Assembly (NCBI GenBank): GCA_964500195.1
Contig: CAZCND010000001.1
Coordinates: forward strand, 1 to 51,393
Direction of reading: 5' to 3'
DNA: 51,393 nucleotides
Source of the DNA: an uncultured Candidatus Saccharibacteria bacterium
GTDB taxonomy: Bacteria > Patescibacteriota > Minisyncoccia > Phycocordibacterales > UBA9973
Shown here: positions 35,247 through 45,000 of the stretch, in pieces
Numbering within the stretch: the stretch's first letter is position 1
How the letters are laid out: each line of letters starts with the position of its first letter
The notes under the pieces: generated by a model
Told to the model about the DNA's origin: nothing
The model's database searches: none
What the model saw: only the letters and a program-made list of their open reading frames with translations
Made by a program: the position numbers and the translations under genes

Positions 35247-37781
35247 TTATTCCTCCCAAAGCTTACTTATAACTTCCTTGGTTTTTTGTTCATAAATTTC
35301 AATCAGTTTTTTAGATGATTCAACTAATTCTATTTCTTTTTCTATTTTTTCTACAATTTGTTTTTGAATTTCAAGAGGAGGAACAGGAATTTTAATTTTA
35401 TTCAATATTCCTATAGGTAATTGAGGTTGAGCACTACCTGATATAAAATTATTGACTTGTTCATTAAATTTTATAGAGTTGAGGAATAATAATAAAAATC
35501 TTGGTAAAATTTTTTCTAAATTACTTCTCAAAAGTACCATACCAGAATTAATTCTAATATTATCAAAAGATATATCTTCAGAATAATAAGCTGTATTTCC
35601 TATCGTCCCACGTGTAGTTAAAACAACATCATATTTATCGAGTTTTCCCTTTCTAAGAATTTTATCTTTTTCTTTTGTTATAAAATCACAATTTGAAAAA
35701 TTAAAAGTGCCCCTCCTAACATTACTAGTATTTAAAAATAGACAATATCCTTCACTTTTAAAATCTTCCTTTTTAGGATAGTTAACCCCTCTATCACCAT
35801 CTATTATTTGAAACACTTTAGAATCTCCAAGAAACACTTCTTTGTAATTTAGATCAATATCAATTTTAGGTTTCCAATTTTCAGAAATTTGCCTTGCTCC
35901 ATCTATAATTTTTTGATACCCATCTAATTCAGCAACAATTTGCTCTTGAATTTCAAGAGAAGGAAGAGGAAAAGAAAGTCTTCTTAAGTCACTGTTTGAT
36001 AAATGTAATATATTTGCACCTTTAACATATTTTGATAATTCTACTTTTAAAGGAGGGTTACTTATAAGTAATGCTAAGTAGTCTGATAATATATGCTTGT
36101 TTTTTGTTCTAATTACATTTATATCTCCGCCAATTATTACATTATTCTCATTTAATGATCTTGCAACTGCTATCCCCATTGCATCTGCAGTTGTAGTCGC
36201 TGGAACTAAAACATCACCCTTTAATGATTTAATCTTTCCATTAAAATTTGTTGTGCTAAAGATATTTTTTATAATTGGATTATATAATGTATATATTTCA
36301 CCATAATGAATACATTTATTTTCTCCATTCTCTATTAAATCACTTTTTGATAACCCTTGGCCTTTTAGTAATTCAATTTTTTTGTCTTTTTCCAGCTCTT
36401 CAATTTTAACCATTGGCCATTTTGTATTTGAATAATCTTTCACTTCTCTATATCTATCACCAGAAAGATTAAAATCTTCACTTTCTAAAATCTTTTTTCT
36501 CTCTACATATAAAGCAATTTTACTTTCTAATTTTTTACCAGATTTCCATTTTTTAAATATTTCTATTGCTTCTGGAATATCGTTTTTATCTATTGGCCTC
36601 CTTTGTGCACCTAAATTAAATCCATCATTTTCAATCTTAAGAAATAGTATTTCTTTTTTGTTCTTAGCAATCTCATTATCAAATATTAAAATACTCGTTT
36701 TTACTCCTGCATAAGGATTAAACACTCCACTAGGAAGACTGATAACGGCACAAAGGCCATCTTTTACTAGATTTTCTCGAAGTTTCTTGTGTGCTGTAGC
36801 AGATTGAAAAATAATACCTTCTGGGACAATTATACCAGCTCTACCTTTTGGCCTTAAATGATTCATTATATAATCCACAAAGAGAACCTCACTTCTATTT
36901 GATTGAACACTAAATTTACTATGAGTTTTCACTCCACCCTTAGGACTCATAAAAGGAGGATTGGCTAACATCACATCAAACTTCTCATTCCACTTTTCCT
37001 CCATAGTAAGAGTGTCATAATTGTAAATCTTTGGATCTTTAAACTGGTGGAGATACATATTTACCTGTGCAATACGAACCATTCCAGGATCTATGTCATA
37101 TCCCTCAAAATTCTCTATGAGTTTCTTTCTCTGATCTGGAGTAAGAGGCTTTTCATTGTTTTTTTTTCCATCTTTATCTTTTCCATTATGTTGTTCTAAT
37201 ATATGTTTATAAGCACTAATAAGGAATCCACCAGTACCACAAGCAGGATCAAGAACCTTGTCATCCTTTGTCGGATCAACAATCTCAACCATAAAATCAA
37301 TAATATGTCTTGGTGTCCTAAACTGTCCTGCATCTCCTTGACTCCCCATTATAGAAAGAAGGTATTCATAAGCATTTCCAAGTTCTTCAGGGTGAGAATA
37401 GTCAAAATAATTTATTTCTTTCAAGAAAAGCCCTAGAACTTCTGGGGCTCTATATGGAAGAAAAGCTGATTTAAAAATATTTCTAAATAGTGAAGGAAGT
37501 TGTTTTGCTTGAGAGAATTTAATTAGTGCTTCAGAATATAAATTCATTCTTTCTTGATTACCAATACGAGAATCCATAAGTTTAGTCCAAGAATATTTTT
37601 CTAAATCGCCAACAAAGAAAGAGGGCTTACCTCCAACCTTAATGGCTGATTGGTCCATATCATCCATAAACTTATAAATCAAAGCATTTGTTATTTGTTC
37701 TATTTGAGAAGTAGGATTTGGAACAACTCCAACAAGCACTTGGCGAGCACTATCTATATGTCTTTTTGTATCTATGTTCAT
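35247..37781 (-). CDS. hsdM: type I restriction-modification methyltransferase fused to specificity subunit (HsdM-HsdS)
   Basis: N-terminal ~450 aa carry FRTPRHI, DPACGTGGFL (motif I) and ANPPF (motif IV). C-terminal ~390 aa form two TRD-like halves, each ending in an HsdS conserved helix (LPSLEIQEQIVAELDGYQKII; VPPLEIQKQIVEKIEKEIELV). Confidence 0.8.
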   Translation of the reverse strand: MNIDTKRHIDSARQVLVGVVPNPTSQIEQITNALIYKFMDDMDQSAIKVGGKPSFFVGDLEKYSWTKLMDSRIGNQERMNLYSEALIKFSQAKQLPSLFRNIFKSAFLPYRAPEVLGLFLKEINYFDYSHPEELGNAYEYLLSIMGSQGDAGQFRTPRHIIDFMVEIVDPTKDDKVLDPACGTGGFLISAYKHILEQHNGKDKDGKKNNEKPLTPDQRKKLIENFEGYDIDPGMVRIAQVNMYLHQFKDPKIYNYDTLTMEEKWNEKFDVMLANPPFMSPKGGVKTHSKFSVQSNRSEVLFVDYIMNHLRPKGRAGIIVPEGIIFQSATAHKKLRENLVKDGLCAVISLPSGVFNPYAGVKTSILIFDNEIAKNKKEILFLKIENDGFNLGAQRRPIDKNDIPEAIEIFKKWKSGKKLESKIALYVERKKILESEDFNLSGDRYREVKDYSNTKWPMVKIEELEKDKKIELLKGQGLSKSDLIENGENKCIHYGEIYTLYNPIIKNIFSTTNFNGKIKSLKGDVLVPATTTADAMGIAVARSLNENNVIIGGDINVIRTKNKHILSDYLALLISNPPLKVELSKYVKGANILHLSNSDLRRLSFPLPSLEIQEQIVAELDGYQKIIDGARQISENWKPKIDIDLNYKEVFLGDSKVFQIIDGDRGVNYPKKEDFKSEGYCLFLNTSNVRRGTFNFSNCDFITKEKDKILRKGKLDKYDVVLTTRGTIGNTAYYSEDISFDNIRINSGMVLLRSNLEKILPRFLLLFLNSIKFNEQVNNFISGSAQPQLPIGILNKIKIPVPPLEIQKQIVEKIEKEIELVESSKKLIEIYEQKTKEVISKLWEE

Positions 37782-37789
37782 AAATTATT

Positions 37790-40366
37790 TTAATTCATAT
37801 AAGTATTAAGTGATACATAATCCCTTACATAACTTGGAACAACCTCTCTAAAACCATTTAATCTTTGATACTCCTCGAAATCAAAAGCTGGGCAATTATA
37901 AAATCTCGCTAATTCATTACTCTTTATTATATCGCGAACTTCTTCATCTACAATATATGCTTTGAAAAAGCTTTTAACTGAAGCGTAATGTTCCTGATCT
38001 ACTGGATTTATTTCGGTGAATTTACTCCATTCTGATTCAAGTAAATCATCTTTCATTTCAAAACTATCTTTTTGACCAAAAGCTACTTGTAGAAATTCTC
38101 TTACACTTACATTTCTATCAAGAGAAAAAGCTTTTTTGATTTTATCTAAATTTAAGAAATGGCTTGGCTTATTAAATATATGAGTTTTTGTATATTCTTC
38201 AGCTCCTATTTCATCTCCATTATTCCAAAGGTTAGACAATACTTCATTTGATAACACATCCTCTTGAACAGCTCTTTTGAATCCTTCTCTATCTATTCTC
38301 ATACCACTTTCTCCAATAACTGATTCATTTATTGTTTTTATGTTATCATTTGTAGCAAGATCAATATTACCTTCCCACTTATCTATACCAGTAGGTCCAT
38401 CTCCACCAATACCTGTATCTATAGGTGGTTCTATTTCTGTTGTTCCTCCAGGTCTAGGTAATCTTATTTTTTCATCATAAGGAAATTCATTCTCGAAATA
38501 TTCACAGGTAGCAAAATAGTCGAAGAATTTAAACTTTTCTTTATTTTTAGATACAATATCATTATTTTCGTAATCTCTATATTCAAAAGTATATTTACGA
38601 GTTCCTCTACCTTTTATCTGAACAAAGTCAGAAGGACTAAATACAGGTCTCATAAGAGCTATGTTTAAAAGATCCTGACAATCGTAACCAGTAGTCATCA
38701 TTCCAACAGTTACAGCCACACGAGTTTTACTTGAATCATATCCCTCTGGTTTCTTAACCTTTCCACCAAGTTTATTATTAAAATCTGAAAAGTTGATAGT
38801 CATTTGCTGAGCATCCTTAACCTGAGAAGTTACTTGCATAGCAAAATCTGATTCATAATATAAGTCAGGCCACTTTTCCATAGCCAACTTATTTAAAATA
38901 TTTGTTATTTTTGCAGCATGATTTTGAGATACACAAAAAACAATAGATTTACCAAAAAGTTTTACTCCTAAACTATCAGCAACAGGATCAAGAAATCCAT
39001 TATCAAGAAATGCCTTACACATAACCACATTAGTTTCTTCATTAAAAAGTTTCTTTTCATATTGTTTTTCTGTAAAGATTTCTTCAGAGATATCTCCATT
39101 TTCAATATCTTTCTTTTTTATAGATAGCCCTTGATCAGAAAGTAATTGAGTGGTTATTTCTGTTCGAGCATCTATAACAACAGGATTAATAAGAAATCCA
39201 TCTTTCACACCAGAGAGAAGATCATATCTAAATGTAGGTTCTCCTGAATCACAGCCAAAAGTTTTATATGTATCTAATAACTGTCTTTTTTCAAACTCTC
39301 TTTGTGTGTCTAATCCTTTGTCATCAAAACCTCTCAAATAATCTTTAGGTGTCGCAGTTAATCCAAGTTTATAACCTACAAAATACTCAAACACAGCACG
39401 AGAATTTCCACCAATAGAACGATGTGCTTCGTCTGAAATAACTAATTCAAAATCTGTAGGAGAAAATTCCTTTTTATATCTATCACCAGCTTGAAATGTT
39501 TGTATTGTAGAAACAACAATGTGGGCATTAGTCCAAGAATCTCGAGCATCCTTATATATCACACAGTTATAATCTTTTCCTAAATAATTTTTAAATGCTT
39601 TATATGCTTGATCTTCGAGTTCTAATCTATCGACTAAAAATAAAATTCTGCGAGCATTACCAGATTTCAAAAACAATCGAATAACTCCAGCTGAAATCAA
39701 TGTCTTACCCGTACCTGTGGCCATTTCAAAAAGAAATCTATTTTTATTTTCTTTTGCACTATTTTGAAGAGCCTTAATTGCTTGAACCTGATATGGTCGC
39801 ATTTGTTTAAGATTATTTTCTTTAAGAAATTTATTGCGAGTACTCTCATCTAAAAACATTGGATCACTGGAGTAATTGGGCATCTGTGATTCAATAATGT
39901 AATTCTCATCAATAGAAGTGTTAGCGAGCTCTAATGGGTTTGGAATATAAGTCTCATATTGGGTTATAGATTCTTGGGTAGGAAACCTAGAAATAGTATC
40001 AGGGTTTCCATGTTTTGTGTCCCAGAAATAATGAATATTCCCATTTGAAAGAATAATAAAGCGAGCTCCAACATTACGAGCATATACTTTTGCTTGTTCT
40101 TTAGCCGAAAGTGGATTAATGGATTCTCTTTTAGCCTCAACAACCACAAGTGAACGACCATTTTTATCTAATAAAAGAAAGTCAATAAACCCTTGTCCTT
40201 GATTTTCAAAATCATCTCCAAGTTCTTTATATCTAACACCTGGCTCAAGTTTTATATTTGCTTTACCTTTTTCAGAATCTTCAAATCTCCACCCTGATTC
40301 TTCAAGAAGTTTATTAATTTTTATTCTTGCAGAAGCTTCTTTATTGGAATTCATATATAAAGTCAT
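37790..40366 (-). CDS. hsdR: type I restriction enzyme R subunit
   Basis: 858 aa: N-terminal PD-(D/E)xK-type nuclease region FIDFLLLD..VVVEAKRE, SF2 motif I EMATGTGKT, motif II VISDEAHRS, and a long C-terminal helical domain. Confidence 0.85.
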   Translation of the reverse strand: MTLYMNSNKEASARIKINKLLEESGWRFEDSEKGKANIKLEPGVRYKELGDDFENQGQGFIDFLLLDKNGRSLVVVEAKRESINPLSAKEQAKVYARNVGARFIILSNGNIHYFWDTKHGNPDTISRFPTQESITQYETYIPNPLELANTSIDENYIIESQMPNYSSDPMFLDESTRNKFLKENNLKQMRPYQVQAIKALQNSAKENKNRFLFEMATGTGKTLISAGVIRLFLKSGNARRILFLVDRLELEDQAYKAFKNYLGKDYNCVIYKDARDSWTNAHIVVSTIQTFQAGDRYKKEFSPTDFELVISDEAHRSIGGNSRAVFEYFVGYKLGLTATPKDYLRGFDDKGLDTQREFEKRQLLDTYKTFGCDSGEPTFRYDLLSGVKDGFLINPVVIDARTEITTQLLSDQGLSIKKKDIENGDISEEIFTEKQYEKKLFNEETNVVMCKAFLDNGFLDPVADSLGVKLFGKSIVFCVSQNHAAKITNILNKLAMEKWPDLYYESDFAMQVTSQVKDAQQMTINFSDFNNKLGGKVKKPEGYDSSKTRVAVTVGMMTTGYDCQDLLNIALMRPVFSPSDFVQIKGRGTRKYTFEYRDYENNDIVSKNKEKFKFFDYFATCEYFENEFPYDEKIRLPRPGGTTEIEPPIDTGIGGDGPTGIDKWEGNIDLATNDNIKTINESVIGESGMRIDREGFKRAVQEDVLSNEVLSNLWNNGDEIGAEEYTKTHIFNKPSHFLNLDKIKKAFSLDRNVSVREFLQVAFGQKDSFEMKDDLLESEWSKFTEINPVDQEHYASVKSFFKAYIVDEEVRDIIKSNELARFYNCPAFDFEEYQRLNGFREVVPSYVRDYVSLNTYMN

Positions 40367-40424
40367 TTTCCCACATTTTTACCTTTTTTACAATTATATA
40401 GCAAAAGAGACCTTCCCAGACGTG

Positions 40425-40456
40425 GGTCGGTCGCTTTCACCAAATTTATCTGCTCC
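40425..40456. repeat. 32-nt direct repeat, copy 2 (tRNA-proximal att-like junction)
   Basis: Identical to 31102-31133. Positions 40453-40456 are the last 4 nt of tRNA-Asn. Confidence 0.85.
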
Positions 40457-40524
40457 CCGGGTAGGGATCGAACCTACGACCTTAGAGTTAACAGCTCTCT
40501 GCTCTACCGCTGAGCTACCGGGGA
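40453..40524 (-). tRNA. tRNA-Asn (anticodon GTT)
   Basis: Reverse complement TCCCCGGTAGCTCAGCGGTAGAGCAGAGAGCTGTTAACTCTAAGGTCGTAGGTTCGATCCCTACCCGGGGAG, with anticodon loop CTGTTAA. No CCA is encoded. Confidence 0.9.
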
Positions 40525-40574
40525 ATGTTGTTTTGTTTATTAAAACAGCAAGAATATCATACCAAAAATATTCC

Positions 40575-40615
40575 AAAAAAGCAAAACCCTAAATCTTTGA
40601 GGTTTTGCTTTTTTT
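40575..40615. terminator. bidirectional intrinsic terminator
   Basis: GCAAAACC / GGTTTTGC hairpin flanked by A6 and T7 runs, after the stop of the 183-aa gene. Confidence 0.7.
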
Positions 40616-40621
40616 CTGGGA

Positions 40622-41173
40622 TTAAGCGGTTTTTTCTTTTTTAAATTGACGCATTATAACTCGATAGACAACAACTATTCCTAAAATCAAAATTATAGTC
40701 AAAAACCACTGCCAGAAAGTATTTGGTAAAAATCCATAGCTAGAATTTTTTACATTATTATTTTGATTGTTGTAAGCACCATAAGCTGAGGCGGTCATAT
40801 AATTAAGATAAGCATTATTGGTTCCATTATAATTATAAGCTTGATATTCAGACAAATGATTGTTGGTTGTATTTCCATTATTAGTCAAATAACCGGTTGT
40901 AGTTTTTACAACTGGGACATTAGACCCACCAGTGTAGTAATAATAGTTATTGATAACAGTGGTTCCCTCTTCTGTCTTTTTTGTTTCTTTCTTTACTGGT
41001 TCTGATGAATAACCAGCATATTGATAATATTGGTAAGATGGATTATTGGAAGAAAAAGAAGAGGAAGAGTAAGAGTAAGGATTATTTGTGGCAGCCATAG
41101 CGTTTCCAGCAACAAACATCAAAAAAAATACAGTTCCAGCAACTATTAAGTTTTTTAAATTTAAATTAAACAT
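40622..41173 (-). CDS. secreted low-complexity (S/N/Y/T-rich) protein with a sortase-signal-like C-terminus
   Basis: Signal peptide ending AMA, then a repetitive polar region. C-terminus is LPNTF, then hydrophobic helix WQWFLTIILILGIVVVY, then basic tail RVIMRQFKKEKTA. TGATATAAT lies 6 nt before the ATG. Confidence 0.6.
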   Translation of the reverse strand: MFNLNLKNLIVAGTVFFLMFVAGNAMAATNNPYSYSSSSFSSNNPSYQYYQYAGYSSEPVKKETKKTEEGTTVINNYYYYTGGSNVPVVKTTTGYLTNNGNTTNNHLSEYQAYNYNGTNNAYLNYMTASAYGAYNNQNNNVKNSSYGFLPNTFWQWFLTIILILGIVVVYRVIMRQFKKEKTA

Positions 41174-41336
41174 TCTTGTATTATATCACACATAAAACTA
41201 TTTTGTCAAGCCCAAACATACGGGTAAATTTTAAAAATGAATTTTTTACTATAAATGAATATCAATTCCAAAAACCTTTATTTTATAATGGTTATTATAT
41301 AAAAAATTAGACAAAGTTTTTAAAACGTGTCAGTAT

Positions 41337-41966
41337 TCACAAGGCCAGACCTTGGTTTAAAAAGGATTTGCGGTGAATTTTAGTAATACCATATTTTTTG
41401 ATGGCTTCATAATGTGCCCGTGTGCCATAACCTACATTTTTTTCAAAACCATAATTTTTATATACCCTTCCATAATCTTCCATGATTTTATCTCTCGAAA
41501 CTTTGGCCACTATAGACGCCAAAGATATTATTGAAATTAATTCATCCCCTTTTATTAAAGTTTCTTGATTCAAATATTTTTCTTCTGCCCTAAGTCCCCC
41601 ATCGAGATAAACTAAGACATGATTTATATCTTTATCTTTTGTTATTTTTTCTAAAGAATTATTTAGAGCTTTCTTAATAGATGAAACGATGCCAAACTTA
41701 TCAATCATCTCATTCGAAACCAAACTAACAGCAAAATCACAAACACCATCATCTTTTCTTTTTTTTAAATAATCAAACCATTTTTGTCTCTGTTTTTTTG
41801 TTAACTTTTTTGAGTCTCTAATTGGAAGTCCAGTTTCTTCTTTAAACTCTGCAATTAAATTTTCGCTCTCTTTGGCTAAAAACAAAAAAGCTGAAACAGC
41901 CACTGGCCCAGCTATTGGACCTCGGCCAACTTCATCTATTCCAACTATGTATTTAATATTTTTCAT
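41337..41966 (-). CDS. rnhB: ribonuclease HII
   Basis: VGIDEVGRGPIAGPVAV, RDSKKL and ASIVAK motifs. Confidence 0.88.
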   Translation of the reverse strand: MKNIKYIVGIDEVGRGPIAGPVAVSAFLFLAKESENLIAEFKEETGLPIRDSKKLTKKQRQKWFDYLKKRKDDGVCDFAVSLVSNEMIDKFGIVSSIKKALNNSLEKITKDKDINHVLVYLDGGLRAEEKYLNQETLIKGDELISIISLASIVAKVSRDKIMEDYGRVYKNYGFEKNVGYGTRAHYEAIKKYGITKIHRKSFLNQGLAL

Positions 41967-42060
41967 CTCACATATTATATATTTTTTATCTGAAATTGGA
42001 TAATAAAAAGATGGTTTAGTCTATATAGAGCAAACTTTACTTATTTGTTATACTTAAAAA

Positions 42061-45000
42061 ATGGAGACCGAACTAAACTCTAATTTCATACATCTACACA
42101 CCCACTCCCACTATTCCCTTTTAGATGGTCTGTCAAAAATTCCTGACATGGTCAAAATAGCTAAGGGAAATAAGATGAATGCAATCGCCCTAACCGACCA
42201 CGGAAACATGTACGGGGCGATTGAATTTTATAAAGAATGCAACAAGGCGGGGATCAAGCCGATCATAGGTATTGAGGCATATATAGCAGAAAGAAAGAGA
42301 ACCGATAAAGAGCCTGGTGTTGATAACAAGAGGTACCATCTAACATTACTTGCTAAAAACAAACAAGGTTATAAAAATTTAATGAAATTAGTTTCTTTAG
42401 CCAACCTCGAAGGGTACTACTACAAACCTCGAATGGATAAAGAGATATTGCAAAAATATCACGAAGGGATAATCTGCCTATCCGGTTGTATGGGTAGCGA
42501 ACTATCACGAGCAGTACTCGCTGACAACCAAGAAAAAGCTCGAGATCTAATTCTCGAACATCAAGATATTTTTGGTAAAGAAAATTATTTTCTGGAAGTT
42601 CACTCTCATCCTAAAATTGAAGGTGATAAAAAAATCAGAGATGGTATTTTAGCTTTGGGCAAAAAATTTAATATACCTGTAGTGGCTGGACAAGATTCCC
42701 ATTATTTATGCCAAGAAGACCACAACGCTCACAATACTCTCCTCGCTGTAAACACAAGTAGCTCTGATTCTAAAGAAGGAACAAGATTGGAATTTTCAGA
42801 TGATGATTTTTCTTTAATTAATGAAGAGAAAGCTTTGGAATATTTTAGAGATTGCCCCGAAGTTGTGAAAAATACAAAAATGATAGCAGATTTATGTGAG
42901 GTATATGATCTAGAATTAGGCAAAGCATATTTCCCAGACTTCCCAATTGAAGAAGGAAAAACTTCAGATGAAATGCTAAGAGAAAAAACAGAACAAGGAT
43001 TTATATTTAGAGGACTAGAAAAAACTCCTGTATATATGGACCGACTAGATTATGAGCTTGGTATTATTAAACAAAAAGGTTACCCTACATATTTCCTGGT
43101 TGTTGGTGATCTTCTTCGCTTTTCTCGAGAAAACGGTATTTATACAAATGTTAGAGGATCTGTCGCTGGTTCTTTGACCACATACCTACTCGGTATTACT
43201 AATGTTGATCCTATCACTTACAAACTTCCTTTTGAAAGATTCCTAAACCCAGAAAGACCATCATTGCCAGATATTGATATGGACTACGCTGATAACAGAC
43301 GAGATGAAGTTATTGCTTATGCTAAACAAAAATATGGCGAAAATAAAGTTGCACAAATAGGAACATTTGGAACAATGATGGCAAAAGGCTCGGTCAAAGA
43401 TGTTGCTCGTGCTCTTGGCTATCCATATGCTATCGGAGATAAAATATCTTCAATGATTCCACTTGGTTCTCAAGGGTCTCCAATGACAATTAAAAAAGCC
43501 ATGGGGCTAGTTCCAGAATTTAAAGAATCTTATGAAAAAGAACCAGACACTAAAAGGATAGTAGACCTTGCTTTAAAATTAGAAGGTTGTGTCAGGCACA
43601 TTTCTGTTCATGCAGCAGGAGTGGTTATTTCTCCTAAACCACTAGAAGAATTTACTCCAATTCAATACGATCCTAAGGGCGGTAATATTATTACTCAGTA
43701 TGATATGTATAGTATTGAAGACGCCGGTCTCCCAAAATTTGATTTCTTGGGAATTAGAAACTTGGCTATTTTAGCCTTGGCTGTAAAGTTAGTTAAAAAA
43801 ATTCAAGGCAAAGATATTGATATCATAAAAATTCCGCTTGATGATAAAAAAACATTTTCTCTCCTATCAAAAGGAGAAACCATCGGACTTTTTCAACTAA
43901 ATGGAACCGGAATGACTCATTACTTAAAAGAACTTAAGGTTTCAACCATCCATGATATCAATGTTATGGTCGCCCTTTATCGTCCTGGTCCCATGGAAAA
44001 TATTAATGAATATATCGCCAGAAAACATGGTAAAAAACCAGTTACCTACATGCACCCAAAAATGGAAAACTTTTTAGATACAACTTTTGGGGTGTTAGTT
44101 TATCAAGACGATCTCTTGATGACTGCTATTGAAGTAGCTGGATATACTTGGGGTGAAGTGGATAAATTTAGAAAAGCAGTTGGTAAAAAAATACCAGAAG
44201 AGATGGCCAAGCAACATATTAAATTCGTCGATGGATGTCAATCTTTTGGAGGTTTAACAAAAAAACAAGCAGAAGATATTTGGAAATTATTTGAACCATT
44301 CCAAGGATATGGATTTAATAAAGCTCACGCTGCTAGTTATGGTTTCGTTGCCTACCAAACAGCTTACATGAAAGCTAACTTCCCCGTTGAATATATGACT
44401 GCCATCTTAACTTCAGAATCTGGAGATGTAGAAAAAATTGCTGAAATAGTCAGAGAATGTACCCGAATGGGTATAGAAGTTTTACCTCCTAACATCAATG
44501 AAAGTTTTGGAGATTTCACAATAATTGATGGAAAAGATGGGAACAAAGATATTCGCTTTGGGCTATATACGATTAAAAACCTAGGTAAGGATATCGCTGA
44601 TGCAATAATAAGCGAGAGAAAAGCTCGAGGTAAATTTAAAACACTAGCAGATTTTTTTGAAAGAGTAAATCATAAAAATTTAAATAAAAAATCTGTAGAA
44701 GCTTTAGCTAAAGCGGGAGCAATGGATGAGTTCGCTGAAAGAAACATCATTATTGGCAACATAGAAACGCTTCTTTCTTTTAATAAAGAAATTAAAGTTT
44801 CAGTTAATCAAGATTCTCTGTTTGGAGAAATTGGAGGAGTCTCAGTCAGCCTTTCTCTTTTACCGCAAGATCCAATTAGTAAAAGAGAAAAGCTGGCTTG
44901 GGAAAAGGAATTACTTGGTTTATACGTTTCTGGACATCCACTTGATGAGCTCAAAGACAAAATCGAAAAACATGGTATTTTGATTAAAGACATAAAAAGA

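Larger units (their letters stand above)
31134..40424. mobile_element. putative integrated island (~9.3 kb) bounded by the 32-nt direct repeats next to tRNA-Asn
   Basis: The direct repeats include 4 nt of the tRNA-Asn 3' end. Cargo is defence/TA-type (hicBA, NYN, HNH, HEPN-like, type I R-M). No integrase was recognised. Confidence 0.5.

Noticed and set aside
27733-40456. Classical integron
   Set aside because: No intI-like tyrosine recombinase or Pc/attI arrangement is seen. The junctions lack the GTTRRRY/RYYYAAC core of attC sites, and cassette orientation is mixed (NYN is on the opposite strand). The region is therefore described only as cassette-like.
40344-40592. ORFs 40344-40592 (plus) and 40394-40576 (minus)
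   Set aside because: They overlap tRNA-Asn and the att-like repeat. The sequence is explained by the tRNA and its flanks.
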